DNA from: a virus
Taxonomy: Duplodnaviria > Caudoviricetes
Direction: 5' to 3' (one strand)
DNA length: 64,000 bases
IMG/VR virus record: IMGVR_UViG_3300002835_000006
The translations under genes were made by a program, and so were the position numbers. Under the pieces are notes generated by a model, which did not search any database, had not been told where the DNA came from, and was given only the letters and a program-made list of their open reading frames with translations. Below, piece after piece: positions 17,510-27,402 of this stretch (positions within the stretch are counted from its first letter, which is position 1; each line of letters starts with the position of its first letter).

Positions 17510-19014
17510 TTTACATTTACTATATTAAAAGTTAATTGTTTCTTATAAGTATCCTTCTCACCTGAAGTGTTCACTTGGATATCAACATAATATTGATTTG
17601 GTATTTTGTCTCTCATATCAAATATGAAATAATACTCGTTGGGGGTTCTATTTATCGGAGTCCAATCTTGAACTTGGACTTCTGTGGTGCCCTCTTTTAC
17701 GTAAACCCTATAAAATGCTGAGATATTTTCTAACAGCACTTGCCCTGTGTATGCCTTTTTAATTGTCACCCCTACCTTTCTGATATCAGTATTTAAAATT
17801 TGTTCATTTTGGAGGATACCATAAAAATCAAATCCATATATTGAAGGTTCTTTTGATTGTGAACCTATTTGTATACCAGCACTGTATTGTTGAAGTATAA
17901 ACTGATTTGTAACATTTGGTAAAGGTTGTCCGTTTATAGTTAGACCGGACCAAACGTCAAAGTATTCACATGGAGTTGCTCCTGTGAATCCATCAGGAAT
18001 AATTACCTCATATACCCCTTTTGTTCTCAAACAAGTTGTTAGAGAACCCATACCACTTACAGCAACTCCAAGTCTATCTTCAATCCTAACGAACGGAAGC
18101 GTGTCTAAATTCGACAAATCTCCGTTTTGGTATACATAGAGATACAATTTATTTTGTTGGTTTTTTAGGAAGATATTTCTATCGTCCTTGATGTAATCGT
18201 CGTAGTTGGTAAGAAGATAAGGTTGGTAGAACGTTTGAGTATGTCTTGAGAAAAAGGCAACCGAATAACTGTCTGTCAAACCTGTTATATTTTCAACTTG
18301 TGGAAAATATGCAATACCCCATCCTGTAACACCTGTAATTGTTCCATCTAAAATTCCATTTATTTCAGATGTCATGTCCATGTTTATATCCTCATTACCG
18401 AACTCGAAATGTTGTTGGTCTATGATTGTTAGGGCTGAAAAATTTACAACACCCAAATTTTTGTTGTTATAAACTCCTGGCTCAGACCAATTGTCCACAG
18501 TCGAAGTTTGGTACCAATTTGAAGGTCTTGTAGAGAAAGCTCTTGGGTCAACGTATGTCAAAGGATTCGCACCACCTTGAGCACTATTTTGGTTGATATT
18601 GAAATCATTATAATCATATCCTACACCCTCGTCCCAAGGTTGTGTTGAACCTGTGTTTCCACTGAAAAGTGGGATTCTAAACAAAAATAAATCAAATGAA
18701 GTTGCTCTTCTTCTTTCGTTTGACATGAATGTATTCAATAATTCATTATCAAATGATGAGGTATTTGTCATTTTCAAAGTGTGAGTCAAACCACTTATAC
18801 CAGGCGTACAACCCGTAGATATTACTCCACTTTGTATATTTGAAATTAAAAGAGATAAATCTAAATCAAATAAAAATCTTGTAAATCCGTAGTTGGGTAT
18901 TACAAAATCAGAAGCACCAAAGTTCAATTCGATTACAGGATTTCTTCCTGTATTTACGTAAGAATTTGAAATAATGGTATTATTTTTATCAATATAGGAC
19001 CTTAAAATTGACAT
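17506..19014 (-). CDS. Probable virion structural protein (502 aa, beta-rich)
   Basis: Late motif upstream, adjacent to baseplate spike gene; no function recognised. Confidence 0.6.
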   Translation of the reverse strand: MSILRSYIDKNNTIISNSYVNTGRNPVIELNFGASDFVIPNYGFTRFLFDLDLSLLISNIQSGVISTGCTPGISGLTHTLKMTNTSSFDNELLNTFMSNERRRATSFDLFLFRIPLFSGNTGSTQPWDEGVGYDYNDFNINQNSAQGGANPLTYVDPRAFSTRPSNWYQTSTVDNWSEPGVYNNKNLGVVNFSALTIIDQQHFEFGNEDINMDMTSEINGILDGTITGVTGWGIAYFPQVENITGLTDSYSVAFFSRHTQTFYQPYLLTNYDDYIKDDRNIFLKNQQNKLYLYVYQNGDLSNLDTLPFVRIEDRLGVAVSGMGSLTTCLRTKGVYEVIIPDGFTGATPCEYFDVWSGLTINGQPLPNVTNQFILQQYSAGIQIGSQSKEPSIYGFDFYGILQNEQILNTDIRKVGVTIKKAYTGQVLLENISAFYRVYVKEGTTEVQVQDWTPINRTPNEYYFIFDMRDKIPNQYYVDIQVNTSGEKDTYKKQLTFNIVNVK

Positions 19015-19024
19015 TACTTTTCTT

Positions 19025-19032
19025 TATAAATA
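19025..19032 (-). promoter_or_regulatory. Putative late promoter TATTTATA (minus strand)
   Basis: TATAAATA on + strand, 10 nt upstream of ATG at 19014. Confidence 0.55.
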
Positions 19033-20547
19033 TCAATTCAATCGAATATTTGAGTTCAATATTTTTCTTCTTGCACTTTGCATCATTCGGTCCAAATCTT
19101 CTACTTGGATTCCTGATTGAGTTTTTGATACAGGTGCTAAACCAGGATATGCGTGGGTATGGGAAACTAAGAAGTTATAAATCAAGTTGATTAGTTCGAG
19201 TAATTCTTCACCTCGAACCATACTTGATGTATTGGATTGTATAGTTTCTGTGAATGCAGACTCGGCGATTCCGTAAACTGAATTTGCAAAATTTATTTTT
19301 TGTTTTCCTTCAATATCAGAGTCTTGCGATAATAGGTAAATTTTTTGACCACCCAAAGCTGCCAAAGTATTAGGTTGGTATTTAAAATTACTAGTTTTTA
19401 CTTCTTGAATTTGAACCTTGGAAGGTAATCCAACTGTATCTTTTTTCCAAATCAATCCATAACCACCCGGGTCTGCGGTATTCAGTTTTGTACCGTTGTA
19501 TACTATTTTCAGATTTCTTTTCGAATTTACATTTATGTTTGATATACCAGAAGATGGATTTATTATGTTATACATCTCAACGGTTGGTCGGAAAAAAATC
19601 GGAAATTTATTTGTTGACTCAGAAAATAATTGAGCTCCCGTTCTACTCACATTACTTTGATTACACGTTGATATATATGAATTTATAAACCCTATTGTGT
19701 CTATCATCGATAATTGAGTGAAATTTTCCGTATCAATTAAAAATTTATCGGCAACAGAAACCTCTGTGGTCACTGTAAAATTATCTGTATTGTATTTAAC
19801 TGATGGTTTCAGTGAGTATAGATATACAGAACCATTAAATCTATTTGCATTATTTTCAGGATTGTTGATAACCCATTCTATTAAATAATTTACTAACAAG
19901 GTAATAGGTGTGGTAGAAATAATTTTCTGAGTTTCTTCACCCGACTTTGTTCTGTCAAAATTAGAAAGTTGTAAGAAAGCTCGGTTCGGATTAGAAACCG
20001 CAACAGTATTTGATTGAGGTGGTTCTGAAAATTTACCCGCCCGTAAAATCAATTCATTCTTTTTTACAATCACATCCGCACTTCCTCTACCCAAAAGTGC
20101 ATTGTCAAGTGGTTCAGGATAAATTCCGGCCTCAGTCGGGTCATCCCAATTTCCGTCTTTTTTCTTGAGGTTCCTTGGGGGTTTAACTTGAAAACCTGTT
20201 CCTGTATTGTACGAACCTGAAGCATTGTACGTGAAGAAAGATGAGCTTGGAGAGAAAAAATTACTTTGTATGTAAAATTGATTTTGAAATTTAAAATCAA
20301 AATTCATAAACATAATCTGAATTAGTTCTCCAACCTCAGGTACTTGATACAAAAAATAGGGTATTAAAGGAGTAAAAATCAGTGGGTCTTTTTCAGTCCA
20401 AGCATCGGCAGAATTACTCCAATCCTCCACACTTTTCAGTGTATCAGGTAAATTTATAATATTGATTTTAGCCCTGATTCTACCAAGCATGAGTGGGTCC
20501 TTATTGTCTAAAACAGTTCCCTGATATAATATAGATTGACTAGACAT
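19033..20547 (-). CDS. Baseplate hub/spike protein (gp5/gpV-like)
   Basis: N-terminal OB-fold signature GTVLDNKDPLMLGRIRA; C-terminal RGEELLELI...SHTHAYPG (HxH tip motif). Confidence 0.75.
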   Translation of the reverse strand: MSSQSILYQGTVLDNKDPLMLGRIRAKINIINLPDTLKSVEDWSNSADAWTEKDPLIFTPLIPYFLYQVPEVGELIQIMFMNFDFKFQNQFYIQSNFFSPSSSFFTYNASGSYNTGTGFQVKPPRNLKKKDGNWDDPTEAGIYPEPLDNALLGRGSADVIVKKNELILRAGKFSEPPQSNTVAVSNPNRAFLQLSNFDRTKSGEETQKIISTTPITLLVNYLIEWVINNPENNANRFNGSVYLYSLKPSVKYNTDNFTVTTEVSVADKFLIDTENFTQLSMIDTIGFINSYISTCNQSNVSRTGAQLFSESTNKFPIFFRPTVEMYNIINPSSGISNINVNSKRNLKIVYNGTKLNTADPGGYGLIWKKDTVGLPSKVQIQEVKTSNFKYQPNTLAALGGQKIYLLSQDSDIEGKQKINFANSVYGIAESAFTETIQSNTSSMVRGEELLELINLIYNFLVSHTHAYPGLAPVSKTQSGIQVEDLDRMMQSARRKILNSNIRLN

Positions 20548-20752
20548 TTCCTCTTGATTGGTATTCTTTTAGAAATTTATTGTACAAACCTTCAACTGAG
20601 TCTAACTGATATGTTAGTGTAAGGATTTCATTTTTTATTTTTTCAAATTCAATTGATAAACTATCTAAACGTTCAATCAAATTAGCATTAGACAGTTCCT
20701 TCAGACGTAAGGCGTCATTTGTAATATCTTCTTTAACTTGTTCCATAGTCAT
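20540..20752 (-). CDS. Small coiled-coil hypothetical protein
   Basis: ATG at 20752 overlaps upstream TGA (ATGA). Confidence 0.7.
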   Translation of the reverse strand: MTMEQVKEDITNDALRLKELSNANLIERLDSLSIEFEKIKNEILTLTYQLDSVEGLYNKFLKEYQSRGNV

Positions 20753-22815
20753 CTCGGGACACTCCAGCAAAAACCGTTAAAACAGTAGGTGTCGTTTACG
20801 CCCTGTTGAATTTGATTTTGTCTTCTACCTCTGTGTGTTGCATAGTTGTAAAGTAGCATCAAATTTGGTGTACCGTCGGGTAATGCATCTGTAGGTAATC
20901 CTATTTTTTGTAGGTAACCTATCGTATTTATGAAAGCACCTTCCGCAGATTCACCAGGTAAAAAATCTGACAAAATTGCTAGTGGTAAAGGTATTTTACG
21001 TCTTTTTCCTGGTAATTTTCTAATAATGTTTATTATGTTTTTTATTTCATCAACAAGCGACTTACATTTTTTATAATCAAAAATTCCTTGTGTTATCTGA
21101 GCGGCAATATCAATTCCTGCTTGGACCAAAGCTTTTGTTTGTGCGGTTGAATCTTTTAATTTGTTTGCAACAATTTCATTTACAACAATTTTTATTAGAT
21201 TTACCAACTCTCTTTTCAAGGTTTCAAATAAAACCTTGATAAAGATTCCACCAATCCTAGATACAACTTTTATTACAAAACTTGTGAATTTTTTTATGAA
21301 ATCTACGGAATCTGTAACAATATTTGTTCCTGCGGTGTTCACCTGATTTATCGGAGTGACTGCTTGATTGTACGATAAATTTTTTTCACTTTCGACAACA
21401 CTCAATAAAATAAAAATTGGTAAGAGAACCTTAGGACTAAGTGCAGCACATGCGACAGCAATTGCCATGTTTTTTATGATTCCCTCTGAGATTGTTGCTT
21501 CGGCGTTAAAACTCGCAGGCAAGTATATTTTCCAATCAGGATTTTCAGACAAACTGTCTATAATATTTTCCATGGTTGCAATCTGTTCTTCAAATGTCTG
21601 ACCTGATACGGTATTTTTAAAATCTAAACATTGATTGGTGAGATTATTGAAATCTACAGGTAATTTTACATTTTCACAATCTGCAAATTCCACCACCCCA
21701 TTCTGAACATTATTTACTTCGTTTTCTATTTGCCTTAAATCCTGCTCAGTAAATTCAAAAAATTCATCATCAACCCCATCAAGTTCTGCAACTTTGGAAA
21801 GACCACTTACATCAATCTCTTCTTTGGAATCAAAGCACAGACCTAAAATTCTCGATAATAATGTATAAAATTTAGATTGGCTATCGATTGGGCCAGATGA
21901 TGCCGGAATTTTCATATTCATAAATTGTGATATGAAATTCAGTACTTGTGGTACAAGTTCCGTTGTATCAAAAAGTTTTATTGTAGAGTAATAGTCTTCC
22001 AAAAATGTTCCTACTTTGTTTACTTCTGAGGCAATTCCTTCTCTGTCAACAAGTGCAACTCTATAATAATTTCCTGTAACACCAAATTCGTTTGTTGTTG
22101 TATATTGTATATTGAACAATTTTTGTCCACTGCTTCCTTGGTAGAATTTTCCATTCTCTTCAAAGAAACTTCTGTTGTTATTATTCATTAAACCACTCAA
22201 GGTTCTATTAAAAGGGAAAGGTACAACACCACCATAGGGTCTCATTATATTGTCCGCAACTGTTGGTGGATAACTCTCGTATAAAATTTTTCCGATAGGT
22301 TGGTCGATGTTTTGTTTTAACATACCGTTTGCCAAGGTAATTGCATCCAAAGACTGAACTGGTATGAAAATTGTTGAATTAGCGGGTAATAAATCTATAT
22401 TTTGGGCACTTATTGGAGTATTTGCTTTGTAAATTTGTTCTTGAGAACAACCTAACGATTTAAGTGCTTCTTCCGCTATGATTTTTTTTACTTCAGATTC
22501 AGATTGAACTGCTGACCTAAGTATTAAATTTCTAATGGCCTTTTTACTTGGACCTCCGGTACCCCTTGTCAACCCTATCAAATCATTCAAAGCACTCATA
22601 GAAGTTGGGACCTTTCTCAGGAACCTCTTCTGTTGTTTGTTGATTTTATTTAGTTGGGTAGTAGTCTGATTTAACGATTGGGTTATCGGGTTTGTTTGAC
22701 TTTTTTCTAAATCTTTGTTTGCACGTAAACTTTGGATAAACGCATTTACTGCACTTATCTCTTCACCAGCCTCTTTTGTGGAATTTGAAAGGTCTAAATT
22801 TCCTAATTCTGCCAT
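20749..22815 (-). CDS. Hypothetical protein (688 aa), probably baseplate/tail-associated
   Basis: Long ORF co-oriented with spike gene. Confidence 0.65.
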   Translation of the reverse strand: MAELGNLDLSNSTKEAGEEISAVNAFIQSLRANKDLEKSQTNPITQSLNQTTTQLNKINKQQKRFLRKVPTSMSALNDLIGLTRGTGGPSKKAIRNLILRSAVQSESEVKKIIAEEALKSLGCSQEQIYKANTPISAQNIDLLPANSTIFIPVQSLDAITLANGMLKQNIDQPIGKILYESYPPTVADNIMRPYGGVVPFPFNRTLSGLMNNNNRSFFEENGKFYQGSSGQKLFNIQYTTTNEFGVTGNYYRVALVDREGIASEVNKVGTFLEDYYSTIKLFDTTELVPQVLNFISQFMNMKIPASSGPIDSQSKFYTLLSRILGLCFDSKEEIDVSGLSKVAELDGVDDEFFEFTEQDLRQIENEVNNVQNGVVEFADCENVKLPVDFNNLTNQCLDFKNTVSGQTFEEQIATMENIIDSLSENPDWKIYLPASFNAEATISEGIIKNMAIAVACAALSPKVLLPIFILLSVVESEKNLSYNQAVTPINQVNTAGTNIVTDSVDFIKKFTSFVIKVVSRIGGIFIKVLFETLKRELVNLIKIVVNEIVANKLKDSTAQTKALVQAGIDIAAQITQGIFDYKKCKSLVDEIKNIINIIRKLPGKRRKIPLPLAILSDFLPGESAEGAFINTIGYLQKIGLPTDALPDGTPNLMLLYNYATHRGRRQNQIQQGVNDTYCFNGFCWSVPR

Positions 22816-22820
22816 CCGAT

Positions 22821-23189
22821 TTACATTTTATAAATGCCATCATCACTGGAAACATCTTTTTCGATTAAATTTTGTATCATTTCATCATCCAAATCTAAAT
22901 CAGTCAATTTGAATGATTCGTTAGATGTGTTCGATTTTTCCCAAATGGTAGATTGAAGTTTAGAAAGACTCAATTTTTTCTCAACACAATCATTCACAAT
23001 CTTCTGTTGTTTTTCGATTACGGGTCCTATTGTGGTCATGTCTTCGGGGTCCTTTAACATCGTCAACATTTTATTCTGAATTCTTATTGCAGTGTTTCTC
23101 TGTTCCACAAGTTCATTGTAGATTTCTTGCATTAAAGCTAAAATTGAATCTTTAGTAAAATTTATTTCTTTTTTTTGCGGCCTTGGCAT
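22821..23189 (-). CDS. Hypothetical helical protein (122 aa)
   Basis: ORF with TATTTAT motif 4 nt upstream (23194-23200). Confidence 0.75.
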   Translation of the reverse strand: MPRPQKKEINFTKDSILALMQEIYNELVEQRNTAIRIQNKMLTMLKDPEDMTTIGPVIEKQQKIVNDCVEKKLSLSKLQSTIWEKSNTSNESFKLTDLDLDDEMIQNLIEKDVSSDDGIYKM

Positions 23190-23204
23190 AATAATAAATA
23201 CTTT

Positions 23205-23954
23205 TTAATCGTTTTTCATTTTAGTTTGAATGGAGATATATAATTTTTTGAATTTTTTAATTGAGCCCCTTATTTCTTTTGTACTAAGGTTAGTCATTTC
23301 CCTGAGAGAGAGTAAAATAATATTTTTATTAAATTTGTTATTTTCTCTTCCTGTGAAAATTGTCTCGTAATTATAAAATAAGTCAATCAGGGCATATCCT
23401 AATTTTTTTTCATTGTCCGACAAAACCTCACAATCAACATATTCTTTTAATTTTTCCAAATAAGTCGATATAACAAGGTTTGTGTCCAAATGGTCTTCAT
23501 CTATTCTGTAAATCATATCAGGACGTTCTTCTATTGTTGAAGATATGTCCTCATAAGATATTTTTCTATTTGTTTCTTTTTGGTCTTTTATTATTTGACC
23601 CATCAAATAGTTCTTACAAATAGTACCAAAATACGAGTAAGCTTTTTTATTTTTTGAAGGTTTGAATTTATCAACCTTCGTCATCAAAAAAGAATGAGTA
23701 TCAACATGGATTTCTTCAAAATCCATATCTTTTCGATAAAGTTTATATCTTCTAATAATAGAAGAAATCATCTTATCTAAAGGAGCTCTTAGAAATTCAT
23801 TATAAATTTTATTTTTTTCTTCGGAGGATTCTGCAATCAAAAATTTTCTAACTGCGGTTTCTTCTCGAACATCAAAATAATTTTCCTTTACTGCTTTTCT
23901 ACCTCTTCTTTTTAACGAAACATCCTCTGTCTTACCTGAAATGGTTTCGGACAT
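23205..23954 (-). CDS. Phage sigma factor, gp55-like (late transcription)
   Basis: N-terminal NYF, region-2-like KFKPSKNKKAYSYFGTICKNYL comparable to the gp55 NFD..K..NP.AY.T motif. Confidence 0.65.
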   Translation of the reverse strand: MSETISGKTEDVSLKRRGRKAVKENYFDVREETAVRKFLIAESSEEKNKIYNEFLRAPLDKMISSIIRRYKLYRKDMDFEEIHVDTHSFLMTKVDKFKPSKNKKAYSYFGTICKNYLMGQIIKDQKETNRKISYEDISSTIEERPDMIYRIDEDHLDTNLVISTYLEKLKEYVDCEVLSDNEKKLGYALIDLFYNYETIFTGRENNKFNKNIILLSLREMTNLSTKEIRGSIKKFKKLYISIQTKMKND

Positions 23955-24760
23955 TATTCACTTGTTGGTTGATATTTTATGGCTCTATCATCAACAAAAA
24001 AATACTCTTGTTTAGCCGTTTTTATCCAAAATCTTACCTCGTCTTCTAACATTTTATCTTCACCAAATTTGTAATTCCAAAACAAAGAACCCTCCCTCAA
24101 GTTTGTATGTTTGTAACCCAATCTAGGTACAGTCATTATCACTGCTGAGTTATAGGTTAGTCTTAGTAGAAATTCGTAGACGAATGTCAGTTTCATAGAC
24201 GGTTTCATATAACCAAAGTCTTCTAAAATTTGTTTTTTAATAACACCACCTGAGGTTTGGAAGTTTTGATATTCTTGTAGAGTATCGTTAGTTAGAAATC
24301 CGATTTCTTGAGTGAAATTGGCGGCAAAAGTTGCCTCATTTGTAAAACCTGCGAAAACACCTTTTTCGTCAGTTTCAACCACTACAGGTAAAAATACTTG
24401 CACTTCAGGGAACGAATCAATATATTTTCTTACGTTATCAAACCAAATATTTGAATACTCATCATCAAATTCGAAAATAGAAATCCATTTACCACTACTG
24501 TTCTTTATACCGTGATTTAATTGTGAAGCAAAATTTGGTGTTTCCTCCCAAAGTAAAAGTTTAACATTTAAATTTCCAAAATCGTAGGATTTAAGTAATG
24601 TGACTAATTGTTCTTCAGCTGTGTGAACAATTACTAATTCTTCGATTTCAGTTTTTTGATTTTTGAGTGATGTTATTGCTTTACCAAAATATTCGTCAAA
24701 ATCTTTAGCTTTGGCTGATTTGATTGGTAAAATTACAGATACAGATATTTTGTTGCTCAT
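23954..24760 (-). CDS. Glycosyltransferase, GT2/GT-A fold
   Basis: ISVILPI, NHGIKNSSGKWISIFEFDDEY (DxD-like). Confidence 0.8.
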   Translation of the reverse strand: MSNKISVSVILPIKSAKAKDFDEYFGKAITSLKNQKTEIEELVIVHTAEEQLVTLLKSYDFGNLNVKLLLWEETPNFASQLNHGIKNSSGKWISIFEFDDEYSNIWFDNVRKYIDSFPEVQVFLPVVVETDEKGVFAGFTNEATFAANFTQEIGFLTNDTLQEYQNFQTSGGVIKKQILEDFGYMKPSMKLTFVYEFLLRLTYNSAVIMTVPRLGYKHTNLREGSLFWNYKFGEDKMLEDEVRFWIKTAKQEYFFVDDRAIKYQPTSE

Positions 24761-24763
24761 ATA

Positions 24764-25810
24764 TTAAAGTTTTGAAATTTGTTCTTCTAATTGATTTGCC
24801 CTTGTGGTCAAGTAACTTTCAAAAAGGTTTATTACGTCAGTTGTAAATTTTTGTTTGCTTTTGAATTGTTCAACAGTTTTATCCATGTTTTCGTAAAGCT
24901 CAGGTTTGATGTTGTCTTCTAACCAATTCTGAACGAAGTCTGCAATAAAATCAGTTATCAATGTCAAATCCGTAATCCAAACCCCGTTTTCTTGAGTCAT
25001 CCAAGAAGGTTGTAAATCAGGTATTTTACCTAATACAGGTACACCACAAGCCATACTTTCTAATGGAAAAGTACCAAAACCACTTTTAGTATCGACCCAC
25101 ACACTAAGAAAACAATCTTTTAGTGTTTTCGCAAATTCTTTTTCACTCAAACCTCTTAGGTCTCTGAATGTGAACCATCTGTATTGAGGAAATCTTAAAT
25201 AAAAAGTTTTGATGATAGAAATAGCATCCTCTTGTTCACGAGTATGTACACCAATAATTGGCATCGGGGGAATCCCTTTTTTTGTGAATGACTCAGATAT
25301 TACAGGTTCTAAAATATCTACTGATGCCTGTCTCATAACTTTTTCAATATACTCTTTTTGAGTCTGACAGGTTGTTATACATTTGTAAACACCGTGTTGA
25401 GCCCAAGATTGTCCAGGTTGTAATGTTTCAAGCATATACGCATATGATTGAGTAAGAACAATTTTAGCACAAGGTAGATTTTTTACTTGTTCCATCACAA
25501 ATCCGAAGAGTTCAGGAATCACCAAAAAATCCTCAGGTGCGATTTGAAGGTTTTGATTTTCAATTGATTGATGTGGGATTGTCATAAATTCAGACTCTAA
25601 CCACTTATCAACACCCATGTAATCATTTTTTTCGTGTAAAATTACAGGGTTGAAATTCGAATTTTTTAATTCCATTGCAATCTGATAGATATATCTAACA
25701 GATGCTCTTGCATTTCCTTTTGTATCTTGTACAAAGAAATAAATTTTTGATTTTTTTTCTCTAAGATTTGTTATCGAGGCTAAAACCTTGTCTTTAGAAA
25801 TATTTTCCAT
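24764..25810 (-). CDS. Glycosyltransferase, GT-B (GT4-like)
   Basis: GFGTFPLESMACGVPVLG nucleotide-sugar binding motif; VIPE motif. Confidence 0.75.
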   Translation of the reverse strand: MENISKDKVLASITNLREKKSKIYFFVQDTKGNARASVRYIYQIAMELKNSNFNPVILHEKNDYMGVDKWLESEFMTIPHQSIENQNLQIAPEDFLVIPELFGFVMEQVKNLPCAKIVLTQSYAYMLETLQPGQSWAQHGVYKCITTCQTQKEYIEKVMRQASVDILEPVISESFTKKGIPPMPIIGVHTREQEDAISIIKTFYLRFPQYRWFTFRDLRGLSEKEFAKTLKDCFLSVWVDTKSGFGTFPLESMACGVPVLGKIPDLQPSWMTQENGVWITDLTLITDFIADFVQNWLEDNIKPELYENMDKTVEQFKSKQKFTTDVINLFESYLTTRANQLEEQISKL

Positions 25811-25811
25811 A

Positions 25812-26090
25812 TTAGTAATGATTGATTAACTTTTTATTTAATAGACTGTTAAAGGCTAACTTAAAAGGAACACTAAGGTTGTTTGTACTTTTCAAACCTA
25901 ATTTATCGTCCATCTCTTCGTTTTCTGACAAAACCACTTCCATCAGCATTTTGACAATTTCAAATTTTACGATGTTGACTTTCATTTCTGTGAATCCACT
26001 AGATGATTCTGAACTAACTTCTGAGATGTCCAAATATTTTTCTAACTCATCTAAGTCAACAAAGTAATTCTCGTTTAGTACTTTTAACAT
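25812..26090 (-). CDS. Hypothetical protein (92 aa)
   Basis: Coupled ORF within operon. Confidence 0.75.
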   Translation of the reverse strand: MLKVLNENYFVDLDELEKYLDISEVSSESSSGFTEMKVNIVKFEIVKMLMEVVLSENEEMDDKLGLKSTNNLSVPFKLAFNSLLNKKLINHY

Positions 26091-26674
26091 ATTTCTTGTA
26101 ATTTATTTTTTAGGTCTTTTATAGATTTTATTTGATGAATTATCTGTGTATCTGAATTATAAGAAGTTTCATATTTTATTAAAGTTTTGTTTTGAGGATG
26201 ATTCAACAATAATTTAGGATTAGCTGTTACAAGTATGTCTACGTTTGACCATAAATTATCCATCGTGATTTCACTATAAAACAACACGTGTTCAATTAAA
26301 CTTCCAAATTTAGATATAAAAAAAAGAGATGCGGGTTTTGATTTACCAATCTCGTCTGAAACAATAATAAATTCGTGTTTATCCCGTAAGTCTAAATATA
26401 TACTATTTAAGTCCAAAAGTCCATTTGGTTCTACTGAACCTGCATGACCAAAAATTTCCATGGTGTGTTCTTGATATAAAAAATTATAAAGTTCATCGTT
26501 GTCCTTAAAGGCAAGATGTTCCAAAATATTCAAGGTTGTTATATCTGATTTCACTTTATACTCGAACTCCGATTCCTCCTTAAAAGGGTTGTCAATATAC
26601 CACTTCTCGTATTCTTGTTGGATTTTTCCAAGAGTATTTCGCAAAACACCATTTATTTCGATTCCAATTTTCAT
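26084..26674 (-). CDS. HAD-fold 5'(3')-deoxyribonucleotidase-like protein with degenerate motif I
   Basis: MKIGIEINGVLRN instead of canonical IDIDGVL; overall NT5C-like layout. Confidence 0.55.
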   Translation of the reverse strand: MKIGIEINGVLRNTLGKIQQEYEKWYIDNPFKEESEFEYKVKSDITTLNILEHLAFKDNDELYNFLYQEHTMEIFGHAGSVEPNGLLDLNSIYLDLRDKHEFIIVSDEIGKSKPASLFFISKFGSLIEHVLFYSEITMDNLWSNVDILVTANPKLLLNHPQNKTLIKYETSYNSDTQIIHQIKSIKDLKNKLQEIC

Positions 26675-27402
26675 TCTTCGTATCTTTTCAATATTTGTGT
26701 TATCAAAGGATTTCTTACAACATCAGTATCCTTGAATTCATGAATTCCGACATCATTGAAATCTCTGAATTTTTTCATAGCATCCCATAACCCTGTCTGA
26801 GTTTTATCTTTATGTCTGTCAAATTGTTCCAAATCTCCTGATATGAAAAATTTAGAATTAAAGCCAATTCGAGTTAAAAGAAGTTTCATTTGACTTGGGG
26901 TCGAGTTTTGAGATTCTTCAAAAATTAAAATTGAATTGTCAATATTCATACCTCTCATGTAGGCAAGAGCAAAAACTTCAATTGCTTCAATCTCTTTTAA
27001 TTTTTCACGTATGTCTTTTCCGATGATTTTATTTAAAAGATAATATGATGGGAATATATAGGGGTCAAGTTTTTCTTCTACACCACCTGGAAGACTACCT
27101 AATTTTTCTTCCGCCTCAACCGCTGGTCTTACAATTATAATCTTCTCAAAAGGGGTTTCAGGGTCAAATAATAAGTCTACCGCACATTTCATTGCAATAT
27201 AACTCTTACCAACACCAGCTGGTCCTGAACAAATTGTAATCTGGTTATTGGATAATTTTTCGTAGTATTCTTTTTGACTTTCGGATAAAAATTTTTGTTT
27301 TGTTTTCTTTTTTAGAATTGACGTTATAAGTTCTTTTTTTGTTTTGAAATTTGAATTTTCTAAAGTTGGGGTAGGAGCTGGATTTTTTTTTGTTCTACTC
27401 AT
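26671..27402 (-). CDS. phoH: PhoH-family ATPase
   Basis: GPAGVGKS, RPAVEAEEKLGSLPG, AYMRG, ESQN, SGDLEQFD. Confidence 0.93.
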   Translation of the reverse strand: MSRTKKNPAPTPTLENSNFKTKKELITSILKKKTKQKFLSESQKEYYEKLSNNQITICSGPAGVGKSYIAMKCAVDLLFDPETPFEKIIIVRPAVEAEEKLGSLPGGVEEKLDPYIFPSYYLLNKIIGKDIREKLKEIEAIEVFALAYMRGMNIDNSILIFEESQNSTPSQMKLLLTRIGFNSKFFISGDLEQFDRHKDKTQTGLWDAMKKFRDFNDVGIHEFKDTDVVRNPLITQILKRYEE

